Source: an uncultured Clostridia bacterium | GTDB lineage: Bacteria > Bacillota > Clostridia > TANB77 > CAG-508 | Length of the DNA stretch: 59,785 nt | Direction of reading: 5' to 3' | NCBI GenBank assembly: GCA_947589835.1 | Contig: CANQCT010000002.1 | Span: forward strand, 1 to 59,785 | Shown: piece by piece, positions 1-8,806 of the stretch | Layout: each line of letters begins with the position of its first letter | Numbering within the stretch: the stretch's first letter is position 1 | The notes under the pieces: generated by a model | Databases searched by the model: none | Seen by the model: the letters and a program-made list of their open reading frames with translations, nothing else | Told to the model about the DNA's origin: nothing | Position numbers and translations under genes: made by a program

Positions 1-83
1 ATTATTTTTAGCTTCTCCCCGGTAGCTTAAAATAGTTTCATATAGATAATGTTTTGAAAAATGAATGGAGGATATGAATTACC

Positions 84-521
84 ATGAATAATACAACTTA
101 TAGTGTAAAAAAGAATGAAATTCAAAGTAAATGGTACATAATTGATGCTACTGATAAACCATTAGGTAGAGTAGCTGCTGAAGCTGCTAAATTATTAAGA
201 GGAAAACATAAACCAACTTATACAACTCATATGGATGTTGGTGACCATGTAATAGTTATTAATTGTAGCAAAGTTAAATTAACAGGAAAAAAATTAGATC
301 AAAAAGTTTATAGACATTTCTCTGGCTACATTGGAGGAATGAAAGAAACTACTGCTAGAGAATTACTAGCAAAAAGCCCAGAAAAAATGATGACACATGC
401 CATTGTTGGTATGCTTCCTCATACAAGACTTGGTAGACAAATGGCTAAAAAATTAAGAGTATATGCTGGTAGCGAGCATGAAAATATGGCTCAAAAACCT
501 GAAGTTTGGGAGGTAAAGTAA
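84..521 (+). CDS. rplM: 50S ribosomal protein L13
   Basis: 145 aa ORF with typical L13 sequence (WYIIDA..LGR.A...A..LRGKHKP.YT.H.D.GD.VIVIN). It is followed 1 nt later by rpsI, the canonical operon arrangement. Confidence 0.97.
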   Translation: MNNTTYSVKKNEIQSKWYIIDATDKPLGRVAAEAAKLLRGKHKPTYTTHMDVGDHVIVINCSKVKLTGKKLDQKVYRHFSGYIGGMKETTARELLAKSPEKMMTHAIVGMLPHTRLGRQMAKKLRVYAGSEHENMAQKPEVWEVK

Positions 522-522
522 A

Positions 523-927
523 ATGGCAAAAAAATCTGATAAAATTGTTTTTTTAGGAACAGGAAGAAGAAAAAAATCAATTGCTAGAGTTAGATTAGTA
601 GAAGGTAAAGGAACTATTACTGTTAATGGTAAAGCATTAGATGAATACTTTGGAACTGATGTATTAAAAGTTATTGTAAAACAACCTCTAGTTGCTACTA
701 ATACTCTTGATAAATATGATGTTATTTGCAAAGTAACAGGTGGTGGATTCACTGGTCAAGCTGGTGCAATTCGTCATGGTATTGCAAGAGCATTAAATGA
801 AGCAAATGCTGAATATAGACCAGCTCTTAAATCTGCAGGTTTCTTAACAAGAGATCCTCGTATGAAAGAAAGAAAGAAATATGGTCTTAAGAAAGCTAGA
901 AAGGCTCCACAATTTAGTAAGAGATAA
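523..927 (+). CDS. rpsI: 30S ribosomal protein S9
   Basis: 134 aa ORF ending ..[17 protein letters not shown], the typical S9 C-terminus. It lies directly downstream of rplM. Confidence 0.97.
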   Translation: MAKKSDKIVFLGTGRRKKSIARVRLVEGKGTITVNGKALDEYFGTDVLKVIVKQPLVATNTLDKYDVICKVTGGGFTGQAGAIRHGIARALNEANAEYRPALKSAGFLTRDPRMKERKKYGLKKARKAPQFSKR

Positions 928-973
928 TCACATATTTTATATAAAAAATTTAAAAATATCTTTTTATATGTTA

Positions 974-1006
974 AAAACCAGAAATTTCAAAATTTCTGGT
1001 TTTTTA
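974..1006. terminator. Bidirectional rho-independent terminator between rpsI and yunB
   Basis: Perfect hairpin aaccagaaatt-tcaa-aatttctggtt, flanked by an A-run on the left and a T-run on the right. Confidence 0.7.
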
Positions 1007-1028
1007 ATTTATAATTTTTTTGTAAATA

Positions 1029-1748
1029 TTATTCTACAATATCTACTGCATTGTTTGTATCTAGCCCATCTAAGTTATAATAGCTGTTTGGCACATCTCC
1101 TACAATTACACCTTCTGCTAGTAATACTTGATTTACAATTTCGTCTTCAATTGTTTCATAAGGTGTTAATATAATTATGTTACAGCTTATTTCTAAGTAT
1201 ATTCTATGAAGTGTTTGATTAATTCCTGTACTTATAAACTCCGATTTTAAGTCTGTATCTAAGTTGCCTATTAATTGCATTTTTATATTTACATTTGGTC
1301 CCCTACCTGCAAATAAATTACTTCCTAGAAAACTGCCTAGTTTAATAGCAAAAGTGTTATTTTCTGTTTTTTCCATTTGCTCTTGTATATTTATTGGAAT
1401 TTGTGAAATTATTTCATTTATTGTAACTATGTTTGCTTCTACCATTTTCACATTTCCTTTTTCATCTTTTGTAATATTTAGCATATCATTATAACTGTAA
1501 TTTTCCATTACTTTTGTTGCTTCATTGTTTGAAATTTTAGTAGCTATTGATTTGGCCATATTTTTACATTGTTTTTCTATTATTGGCTCTATTGCTTCAA
1601 TAGAAAAATATGCAAAGGTGAAAGCTATTATAAGTATTGATAGTATTTTAATTAATTTATAATATTCTTTCTTTTGTTTATTATTTTGCATTTTAGGAGA
1701 AAATTTTGGTAACCTTATTTTATTTCGGGTGTATATTTTAGCATCCAT
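1029..1748 (-). CDS. yunB: Sporulation protein YunB-like
   Basis: 239 aa with one N-terminal TM segment. The body resembles the YunB family (..NIKMQLIGNLDTDLKSEF.S.GINQT.HRIYLEI). It sits in a sporulation gene neighbourhood and overlaps the upstream gene by 11 nt. Confidence 0.7.
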   Translation of the reverse strand: MDAKIYTRNKIRLPKFSPKMQNNKQKKEYYKLIKILSILIIAFTFAYFSIEAIEPIIEKQCKNMAKSIATKISNNEATKVMENYSYNDMLNITKDEKGNVKMVEANIVTINEIISQIPINIQEQMEKTENNTFAIKLGSFLGSNLFAGRGPNVNIKMQLIGNLDTDLKSEFISTGINQTLHRIYLEISCNIIILTPYETIEDEIVNQVLLAEGVIVGDVPNSYYNLDGLDTNNAVDIVE

Positions 1749-3276
1749 GGTATCTAGGAATAAATAATTGCTTTCCTACTGGCAAATTATTTACATCTTC
1801 TATTGAATTTATTCTTACAATATCTTCTACTGTGCTGTTAAATTTTTTGGCAATTTTCCATACTGTATCTCCTGGTTTTACAAAGTAAATTACCATACTA
1901 TATTGGCTTTGAACTTTGTTTTGTTCATCTTGCTGTATTTCATCTATAATTGATATACTTGTGTCTTTTCCACTAATTGCTGTAAAGTTTAAGTCTATTT
2001 TTACATCAATGCTTTCATCGGGCAATACAACAAAGTCTTGTAAGGTTATTTCAATAACTGTATCTATATGACTGTTTTGCGTAATTCCGTCAAAGTCCAT
2101 TGTAAAATTGAATGGAAGTGAAACTTTTTTGGTATCTACTCCTACTCCTCCATTTGATGCAAAAATATAATTTAAGCTTATTTCTCCACTATACATTATT
2201 TTATTGCTAAGCAGTGTTTGCTCTTCTATTACTGGCATAACTTCTACGTCATATATTTTATTAGAGCCTATTTCTGGAATTGTCATTTTTTCTCGTATGT
2301 TACATACTTCACTTTTGTTTTCCTTTTTTTGCATTACTTTTATTTTTCTTTGTGAAAAATTTAAAACTGCTGTTGGGCTATATAAGTCTTGTATCATTTG
2401 TAATTCTTTGTTTTCATACGCTTCTGCGCATACTTCTATTTCCGCTTCTACATAAATTGAGTGTTCTTCTACATTGTTTGGCTTTATAATAAGATTTTTA
2501 ATTTCGTATTTTATATCGCATATATGGTCTTCGCTTATGTTTGGCATATCTATAAAGCCTACTATTGGTATTGTAGCTTCTTTTATATTAATGCGATTAT
2601 CTGATGTTAAATAAATGAGTTTTACTTGTAAATCTGCTTTTATTAATATTTTGTTATAACTAATTTTTGCATCTCTGTTTATAACTTTTATGTCTGTTTT
2701 CATTACTTCTACTAGGTCATCTGCTTCGTTTATTGATATAGTATCTTTTGCATAAACTTTTGTACAACCTGTTCCAACTAAGGAATTAATTTGAAAATCT
2801 TCATTTAAAAATTGAATGTCTTTTAAGTTAGATACCTCCTTTATATATTCTACTGTTTCATTTGATGATACTTTGCTTTCTACTTCTAATATTGCTTTTA
2901 TATGAACTTTTCTGCCGTTTAATACTTTGCAGTCTATGCTTTTTAATACTACATTTGTTTCTAAGCTCATTCCACTTTTTGCTTTTTCTACATCTATTAT
3001 TTGTGTAAAGTCTAAATTTGTGTTTAAGCTTCTTACTTCATTTTCTTCTGAATCTGCTAAATACATAATGTAAGTATTTACTGTACCATCTAGCCTAATT
3101 TTTCCGTCTAGAATTTCTTTTTTGTAAATGCATACTATGCCACTATTGCTAATAACATTTAATATATCTGGCTTTATATCTGGAACAATGCAGTCATCTT
3201 CTACCATAAATGTATCTGTTTTTTGACTAATAATTTGATTTAACACTAAGCTGTCTTTTGCTGTTTCGAGCGTCAT
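1738..3276 (-). CDS. DUF3794-repeat protein with C-terminal LysM domain (spore coat/cortex-associated type)
   Basis: 512 aa. The C-terminus YFVKPGDTVWKIAKKFNSTVEDIVRINSIEDVNNLPVGKQLFIP is a LysM motif. A strong SD (gggagg) precedes the ATG. Confidence 0.7.
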   Translation of the reverse strand: MTLETAKDSLVLNQIISQKTDTFMVEDDCIVPDIKPDILNVISNSGIVCIYKKEILDGKIRLDGTVNTYIMYLADSEENEVRSLNTNLDFTQIIDVEKAKSGMSLETNVVLKSIDCKVLNGRKVHIKAILEVESKVSSNETVEYIKEVSNLKDIQFLNEDFQINSLVGTGCTKVYAKDTISINEADDLVEVMKTDIKVINRDAKISYNKILIKADLQVKLIYLTSDNRINIKEATIPIVGFIDMPNISEDHICDIKYEIKNLIIKPNNVEEHSIYVEAEIEVCAEAYENKELQMIQDLYSPTAVLNFSQRKIKVMQKKENKSEVCNIREKMTIPEIGSNKIYDVEVMPVIEEQTLLSNKIMYSGEISLNYIFASNGGVGVDTKKVSLPFNFTMDFDGITQNSHIDTVIEITLQDFVVLPDESIDVKIDLNFTAISGKDTSISIIDEIQQDEQNKVQSQYSMVIYFVKPGDTVWKIAKKFNSTVEDIVRINSIEDVNNLPVGKQLFIPRYHGC

Positions 3277-3303
3277 TTTTTAATACCTCCCTATTAATTT
3301 TTT

Positions 3304-3384
3304 CTAGAAAACAAGGTTAATGTACCTATGTTTGCCAGTGCAAAGCACGTGGCAGTTGTTTGCGAGGCAAACGATTTTCTTATT
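3304..3384 (-). repeat. GC-rich ~80 nt palindromic extragenic element, family B, copy 1
   Basis: The reverse complement is near-identical to 17249-17329. It contains two short GC stems (gtttgc..gcaaac and cgtgc..gcacg). Confidence 0.75.
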
Positions 3385-3404
3385 AATTTAAGTATATTGA
3401 CAAG

Positions 3405-3442
3405 GTCAAAAAAAAATTCCTAAAATTAGGAATTTTTTTGTA
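3405..3442. terminator. veg terminator hairpin
   Basis: aattcctaa-aat-ttaggaatt flanked by A and T runs, just downstream of the veg stop. Confidence 0.6.
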
Positions 3443-3449
3443 ATATTTT

Positions 3450-3746
3450 TTAGGCTAGGTTCTTTTGTTTTTTTGTTTGAACTATTGGTGGTACTAAAGG
3501 ACTATAATTTGTTCCGTCAAATACATCTACTTCAACTGTTCTTGTTAAAATATCTGTATAACTGTATGTTACATTTCTATTCTCTTCCTCATATTTTATA
3601 ACAAAAATATTAGGATAAGCTTTTTCTATTGTAGCTTCTTTTTCAAAAGATTTACTTCTTCCAAGTGATCCTTTGACTATTATCTTTTGTCCGATCATAT
3701 CATTGATGTCTGTTTTTAAATTTGCTATATCGGTTGGACAAATCAT
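3450..3746 (-). CDS. veg: Veg protein
   Basis: 98 aa. The ..RSKSFEKEATIEKAYPNIFVIKYEEENRNVTYSYTDILTRTVEV pattern matches the Veg family. yabG-veg synteny is typical of Firmicutes. Confidence 0.85.
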   Translation of the reverse strand: MICPTDIANLKTDINDMIGQKIIVKGSLGRSKSFEKEATIEKAYPNIFVIKYEEENRNVTYSYTDILTRTVEVDVFDGTNYSPLVPPIVQTKKQKNLA

Positions 3747-3920
3747 ATTATCACCTACTTTTTTAAGATAGGCAAATTATATCATCGGATACAAAAATTG
3801 TCAAAAAAGAAATGTTTGTGTCACTTTTTTGTATTCTTACTGACTGTTGGTGTTTTAGGAATATTTTTGTAAATATTACAATTATATTACAATTGTGTTA
3901 CATGATTGTTACGGCAGTTT

Positions 3921-4760
3921 TTAGTATCTTATACAAGTAAGATTTTCTTTTTTCCTTGCCCTCCGAATTCCATTTATGCCCCTTGTGCCATCTCTTAGTT
4001 CTTCTTGTATATCTTGTATGGTAACAAATTTTTCTTCTTTTGTAGTTGCAATTTTTTCTGCTACAATAAGTGGATCCATAAAGTCTATTAAAATTCTTGC
4101 AGGTGAAGATGCAAAATTTGAGCCGGCCATCATTAGGCCTTCATAATAGCTTTGGCATGCTCCTGCAAAAATTACTAAATCTTTTTTTAAGGATTGCTTT
4201 CTTGCTTGTTCTACTGCTTTAATAAAGTATCTAGAGTTTCTATAATTATATAAATTATTAAATTGTGTGCCTTTTTTTATCATTCCATCGTGACCTGTTA
4301 ATACTAAAATATCTGGGTTATACCTTTGTAACATATTTGGTATTAATATGGCTTGTTTTCTTTCTGGAATGTTTTTTACAATAGCATTTAAGCCTATTTT
4401 TTTATAGTATCTATGTGATTTTTCAGCATATTTTCTGTCTCCATCTATGTGCAGAATTCTTCCAGTATATACAACTAATCTTTCACGAAAAAGGTAGCCA
4501 TTCTGTTTTAGCAATTTTTCTTGTTTTTCAATTCTTTTTATTACCCTTTCTTCAAAATTTCTTACATGTTCTTCTATGGTTTTGTTTTCTATTAGTTCTA
4601 AATCTTCTACTGGGCTATTTGCTTCTATTCGAATGGTAATTCCTTTTAATATTGCAATTTCTTCATTTGCTTTTGTTTTTATTATTCTATCTACAACAAA
4701 TATTATATCTTTGTTATATGATAGTCTTCCTACTATGTCACCTTTTTTTATTTTTTTCAT
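3921..4760 (-). CDS. yabG: Sporulation-specific protease YabG (C-terminus may continue in +1 frame from CGG at 3963-3965, ending at 3929)
   Basis: 279 aa with the YabG hallmarks ..PDILVLTGHD..VIFAGACQS..AGSNFASSP. There is an in-frame CGG 14 codons before the stop. The +1 reading gives ..GINGI-GGQGKKKILLV*. Confidence 0.85.
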   Translation of the reverse strand: MKKIKKGDIVGRLSYNKDIIFVVDRIIKTKANEEIAILKGITIRIEANSPVEDLELIENKTIEEHVRNFEERVIKRIEKQEKLLKQNGYLFRERLVVYTGRILHIDGDRKYAEKSHRYYKKIGLNAIVKNIPERKQAILIPNMLQRYNPDILVLTGHDGMIKKGTQFNNLYNYRNSRYFIKAVEQARKQSLKKDLVIFAGACQSYYEGLMMAGSNFASSPARILIDFMDPLIVAEKIATTKEEKFVTIQDIQEELRDGTRGINGIRRARKKENLTCIRY

Positions 4761-5012
4761 ATTTTCATCCTTCCTTATAGAAAGAATTTAGCATTTTATA
4801 ATATTTTATGTTGAATTTTGTAAAAAAGTGACAATTTTTACTTTTTGACTTGCTTTATTTAGTTTACTATGTTACAATAAAGCTGGCTTTGAAAAGAAGC
4901 TTAAATGAATTTAATTATTGTAGACTATTCCCTCTTATTTATTTAGATATTTAGAGAAGGTTCAATGGGTCAAAAATATTAAATATCAGAAATAATGTAG
5001 GAGGTATTTATA

Positions 5013-5174
5013 ATGGCAGACAAAACTTTAACTTGTAAAGATTGTGGAGCAGAATTTGTTTTCACAGAAGGTGAACAACAATTTTATGCTGAAAAAGGTT
5101 TTACAAATGAACCTCAAAGATGTCCAGCTTGCAGAAAAGCAAGAAAAGAACAAAGAAGAAATAATAATAACTAA
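5013..5174 (+). CDS. Small zinc-ribbon protein (zf-trcl-like, CxxC...CxxC)
   Basis: 53 aa MADKTLTCKDCGAEFVFTEGEQQFYAEKGFTNEPQRCPACRKARKEQRRNNNN. It has an SD (aggagg) 8 nt upstream and a terminator downstream. It is not in the ORF track because it is under 60 aa. Confidence 0.75.
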   Translation: MADKTLTCKDCGAEFVFTEGEQQFYAEKGFTNEPQRCPACRKARKEQRRNNNN

Positions 5175-5179
5175 AAAAT

Positions 5180-5204
5180 TTCCGGCGCTATGCCGGATTT
5201 TTTT
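5180..5204 (+). terminator. Terminator of zinc-ribbon gene copy A
   Basis: tccggc-gcta-tgccgga hairpin followed by a T-run. Confidence 0.75.
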
Positions 5205-5380
5205 AGTTACATTTTAGCATATCAATTGTAAAAAAGCATAAAAAAACTACTCCTGCATTTAGGAATAGCTTTTTATAATTTGTTCATCTACGCATTTATT
5301 TGTCGCAAGTAGAGTTACGAGTTACATTTTTTCACCTTTGTATTTATATTCCGCAAAACAGGGTTGCGGATAACATTTGC

Positions 5381-5584
5381 TTAATTCAATTCTTCTCTTA
5401 AAAAATTTTGTAAATCTTCTTTATCTAAATTTTTTAAATTTTCTCTTCTTTCTTTTGTATAGTCTCCCTTTCCATCACTGTACATTTGTATAAATTTTAT
5501 CATACCTTCAACACCTAATTTTTCCTTTAATGCTTTAAGACCATCTCTTCTTATTTTTTCTAATTCTCTAACTGTTACTGCCAT
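5381..5584 (-). CDS. Small acidic partner protein of the PIN gene (putative antitoxin-like), copy 1
   Basis: 67 aa. Its start abuts the stop of the upstream PIN ORF. It is a paralogue (roughly 45 percent identity by eye) of 7010-7210. Confidence 0.55.
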   Translation of the reverse strand: MAVTVRELEKIRRDGLKALKEKLGVEGMIKFIQMYSDGKGDYTKERRENLKNLDKEDLQNFLREELN

Positions 5585-6026
5585 TTACATCACCTCCATA
5601 ATAAATTCAATTGGATTTATAACTTTAATTTTTAAATTTGCTTTTTTTGAAGTATTTATCAATTGCTTATCGACTGTTATTAAATAGTCTACTTCCGTAC
5701 TTTCTGCATAAGCTATATGGTAAGCATCCATATAATGAATATTATATTTTTCTAATTCTTCTACTCTTTTATCCAATTCATATGAATATGGAATATTTTC
5801 TAATTCTAGTCCATCATATAAATCTTCTACTTGTCTCCTTTTATCTTCATCTGGAATTTTACTTATTTCATAATCAATAGCTCTACTCTTATATATGATA
5901 ATTTTATTATTCACATACATATTAATAATAGAATCTATTGCTCCGCGATTCTAAGTTTATTTTTTCCTGTGTTAAATCATCAAACGGTCTATTATAACAA
6001 CAATTATCTAAATATAATTTTAACAT
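5585..6026 (-). pseudogene. PIN-domain protein, reading frame broken at in-frame CGG (5943-5945); continues in +1 frame
   Basis: The ATG at 6026 encodes MLKLYLDNCCYNRPFDDLTQEKINLES-R(CGG), then a stop after 6 codons. Skipping the C gives GAIDSIINMYVNNKIIIYKSRAIDYEI..., colinear with the intact paralogue at 7211-7654. Confidence 0.8.
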
Positions 6027-6347
6027 TAAACTAACCTCTCTTTTTATTATACTACATTTTACTGATTTTATCTATATTTCAAAAAAAGTTTGTTTACATT
6101 TCATAAATCTTATCATATTTTTCTTTTTTATTCAATTGATTTTTCTAATTTTTTACAATTCTTATCCTGCAATTTTTATTTTTTATCTTAATTTATTTTA
6201 CTATGCTACAATAAAGTTGGCTTCGAAAAGAAGCTTAAATGAATTTAATTATTTGTAGACTATTCCCTCTTATTTATTTAGATATTTAGAGAAGGTTCAA
6301 TGGGTCAAAAATATTAAATATCAGAAATAATGTAGGAGGTATTTATA

Positions 6348-6509
6348 ATGGCAGACAAAACTTTAACTTGTAAAGATTGTGGAGCAGAATTTGTTTTCAC
6401 AGAAGGTGAACAACAATTTTATGCTGAAAAAGGTTTTACAAATGAACCTCAAAGATGTCCAGCTTGCAGAAAAGCAAGAAAAGAACAAAGAAGAAATAAT
6501 AATAACTAA
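6348..6509 (+). CDS. Small zinc-ribbon protein (zf-trcl-like), second identical copy
   Basis: Same 53-aa product as 5013-5174, with the same SD and terminator. Confidence 0.75.
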   Translation: MADKTLTCKDCGAEFVFTEGEQQFYAEKGFTNEPQRCPACRKARKEQRRNNNN

Positions 6510-6515
6510 AAAATT

Positions 6516-6538
6516 TCCGGCGCTATGCCGGATTTTTT
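6516..6538 (+). terminator. Terminator of zinc-ribbon gene copy B
   Basis: Same tccggc/gccgga hairpin plus T-run as copy A. Confidence 0.75.
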
Positions 6539-6616
6539 AGTATATAAATAATTTTTATGAAATGTTTAAAAAGTAAACTTTTAAATTTCCTTTAGTTTCT
6601 TTTTTAAGTATATACT

Positions 6617-6889
6617 TTATATTGCTTTTGATTGGTTATTGTGGCTATATTTTAGTTTTGTTGCCATACCTCCTCTTATGTGTCTTTCTGCTTTGTTTTC
6701 ATTTAATATTTCTCTTACCTCGTGGGCTAAAATTGGGTTTATCTTTAGTAGTCTTTCACTAACGTCTTTATGTACTGTGCTTTTACTTACACCAAATTTT
6801 TTTGCTGCTCCACGTACTGTGTCTTTGCTATCTATTATATATTGTGCTAAATGAACAGCTCTTTCTTCTATTAATACATTTCTTTCCAA
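6617..6889 (-). CDS. spoIIID: Sporulation transcriptional regulator SpoIIID
   Basis: ..IEERAVHLAQYIIDSKDTVRGAAKKFGVSKSTVHKDVSERLLKINPILAHEVREILNENKAERHIRGGMATKLKY closely matches SpoIIID. I place the start at the TTG at 6889, which has the SD gaggggg 7 nt upstream. The ORF-track start at 6934 is an upstream extension. Confidence 0.9.
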   Translation of the reverse strand: MERNVLIEERAVHLAQYIIDSKDTVRGAAKKFGVSKSTVHKDVSERLLKINPILAHEVREILNENKAERHIRGGMATKLKYSHNNQSKAI

Positions 6890-7009
6890 ATGAAAAACCC
6901 CCTCTAAATACGCTGTTTTGTACATTGTATTCAAGGGGAGTTTGTATTATGATAAACTTTTAGAGGTGAAGGAAAAAAGTTTAGAATGTAGGTCTGCAAG
7001 TAACATTGA

Positions 7010-7210
7010 TTAGTTGTTTTCTGCTAGATATTTTTTGAAATCTTCTATAGTAATATCTTCATCATTTTCATATTTTTCTTTTGTATAATCTCCTTCTCCT
7101 ACACCTAGCATTTGTAAAAACTGGACTAATTCTGCTGGACTTAGGTTTTCCTTTAATACAGCAAACCCTTTATTTTTAATTCTCTCTAACTCTCTTAAAT
7201 TTGTTCCCAT
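7010..7210 (-). CDS. Small acidic partner protein of the PIN gene, copy 2
   Basis: 66 aa. The ATG immediately follows the PIN stop (..ATGTAAATG..), implying translational coupling. Confidence 0.55.
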   Translation of the reverse strand: MGTNLRELERIKNKGFAVLKENLSPAELVQFLQMLGVGEGDYTKEKYENDEDITIEDFKKYLAENN

Positions 7211-7654
7211 TTACATCACCTCCATAATAAACTCTATTGGGTTAGTAACTTTTATTTTTAAATCTTTTACTTTAGATGTAGCATTTATCAATATTTTATC
7301 AACTGTTATAAAATAATCTAAATTTCCATACTCTGCATATGCTATATGTAAAGCATCTTTTTCCTTTATATTATATTTTTTTAGTTCTTCTGCTCTATCT
7401 ATTATTTCATTTGTTGTATCTATATAATTTGATTGTATAGAACTATAAACATCTAATATTTTGCTTTTCTTTGTAATACTCTTCATTTGGTTTATTTCAT
7501 AATCTAAAATTTTACTTTTATATATATCCAGTTTATCCTTTTTATATAAATCCAAAATTACAATTATTGCTTGTGATTCGATATAATTTTTCTGATTTGT
7601 CAAATCATCAAATGGTCTATTATAGCAACAGTTATCTAAATATAATTTTAGCAT
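7211..7654 (-). CDS. PIN-domain protein (VapC-like ribonuclease fold)
   Basis: 147 aa. The N-terminal LYLDNCCYNRPFDD and the central DALHIAYAE..DYFITVD motifs carry the PIN acidic residues. Confidence 0.7.
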   Translation of the reverse strand: MLKLYLDNCCYNRPFDDLTNQKNYIESQAIIVILDLYKKDKLDIYKSKILDYEINQMKSITKKSKILDVYSSIQSNYIDTTNEIIDRAEELKKYNIKEKDALHIAYAEYGNLDYFITVDKILINATSKVKDLKIKVTNPIEFIMEVM

Positions 7655-7779
7655 TAAAATGTCCTCTCTTTCTATTATACTATATTTTTCTAAATTTATC
7701 TATATTTTAAAAAATTTATAAAAGAAATGTGATAATGTCTTAAGTAAAGAAATGAGAAAATGTCCCAACCAAAAAATAT

Positions 7780-8612
7780 TTAATTATATTCTTGTATATT
7801 TTTACTTTCTCCTGTTAAATCAAGCAATTCTTCATTATTTTTTCTATAGAAAATAACCATAAATCCATTTTTTCTAATTTCGAATTTTACTTTGACATTT
7901 GCTTTTTCGCATTCTTCTGTAATTATTCTAAAACCAGAACCCTATTTTTCAATATCTTTTGATAAGTATAAAGTATTTGCAATTAATGGATTCCTTGGAA
8001 TAGAACTTGCATCTTCTATAAAATCTTCTGGCTTATATCCTTCTGGAAATTCTCCAGGATTAAATATCTCCACTCTGTCTTTATATATTGCAACTTCATT
8101 ACTTTTTGGATTTTTAAAATCTCTGTGAATAAGCGAATTTATTATTGCCTCTCTTATAGCTTCTAAAGGTATTTCTGGTATTTCAACCCTTTCCATACTT
8201 CCACTTTTAAAATTAACAGGCCATTTAATATTTTTTCTTATATAACTTTCTCCAGTTTCTATTAATTCAAAAACATTTCCAAAAACCTGATCTATATCTA
8301 AAAATGTTAGTTTTGTTTCAGTTGCAAAAATAGTCATTTGCATTTCAAGCTTTGACTCTTTTGCAAATAAAATACTGGATATATTTTAGGCTCTATATTT
8401 TCTGATATTGCCTTTGAAACTTCTCTTATAGTTTTACTTGATACATCTTGTCCAACTATTTCTCCATTATCTTTTATGCCAAAATATAGCTTTCCACTTT
8501 GATGTTTATTTAATATAGATACTATAGAAATTATTGCTTCTTTTAGTTCTCCTGTTGTTTTCTTAAATTCAATAACTTCGTTTTCTAAAAAATTTATATT
8601 TGACATTAGCAT
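7780..8612 (-). pseudogene. AlbA_2 (Schlafen-like) + HATPase_c_4 putative DNA-binding protein, decayed
   Basis: The N-terminal ORF at 8334-8612 has the AlbA_2 signature (E..EFKKT...L.EAI.SIVSILN...GKLYFGI.DNGEIVG). The second ORF at 7942-8343 is in the -1 frame and carries REAIINSLIHRDF..NPG..RNP.IA. It is followed by an in-frame TAG where the family has W (IEK-TAG-GSGF), and the frame continues to 7780. Confidence 0.75.
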
Positions 8613-8806
8613 TATCTCCTATAAAAAATTAATTTTACTGGATTATATCACAAAAACAATGAAAATTAAATATACTCTTTTATCAAATTCCATTTTTTTA
8701 CATTTCTGGTTAATCTTCTATTTGGAAGCGAAAAACTTTCAACCCGACCATTTATATACCACATATCGGTCAGTGGTTAACTTTCTATTTATTATTGCTA
8801 CTTTTA

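Larger units (their letters stand above)
4855..5207 (+). repeat. ~350 bp direct repeat, copy A (promoter/leader + zinc-ribbon gene + terminator)
   Basis: Near-identical to 6190-6541. Differences are a few SNPs and 1-nt indels in the first 70 nt, and the CDS is identical by eye. Confidence 0.9.
6190..6541 (+). repeat. ~350 bp direct repeat, copy B
   Basis: See copy A at 4855-5207. Confidence 0.9.

Noticed and set aside
1-83. Possible L13 leader or terminator structure upstream of rplM (gcttctccccggtagc)
   Set aside because: Only a 3-4 bp stem is visible, and the window starts too close to judge.
5281-5380. GC-richer stretch downstream of the first PIN module, checked for a tRNA or small RNA
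   Set aside because: It contains only one simple hairpin (tccgcaa..ttgcgga) placed as a terminator for the minus-strand pair. There is no cloverleaf and no T-loop (GTTCRA) motif. No tRNA-like sequence was found anywhere in the window.
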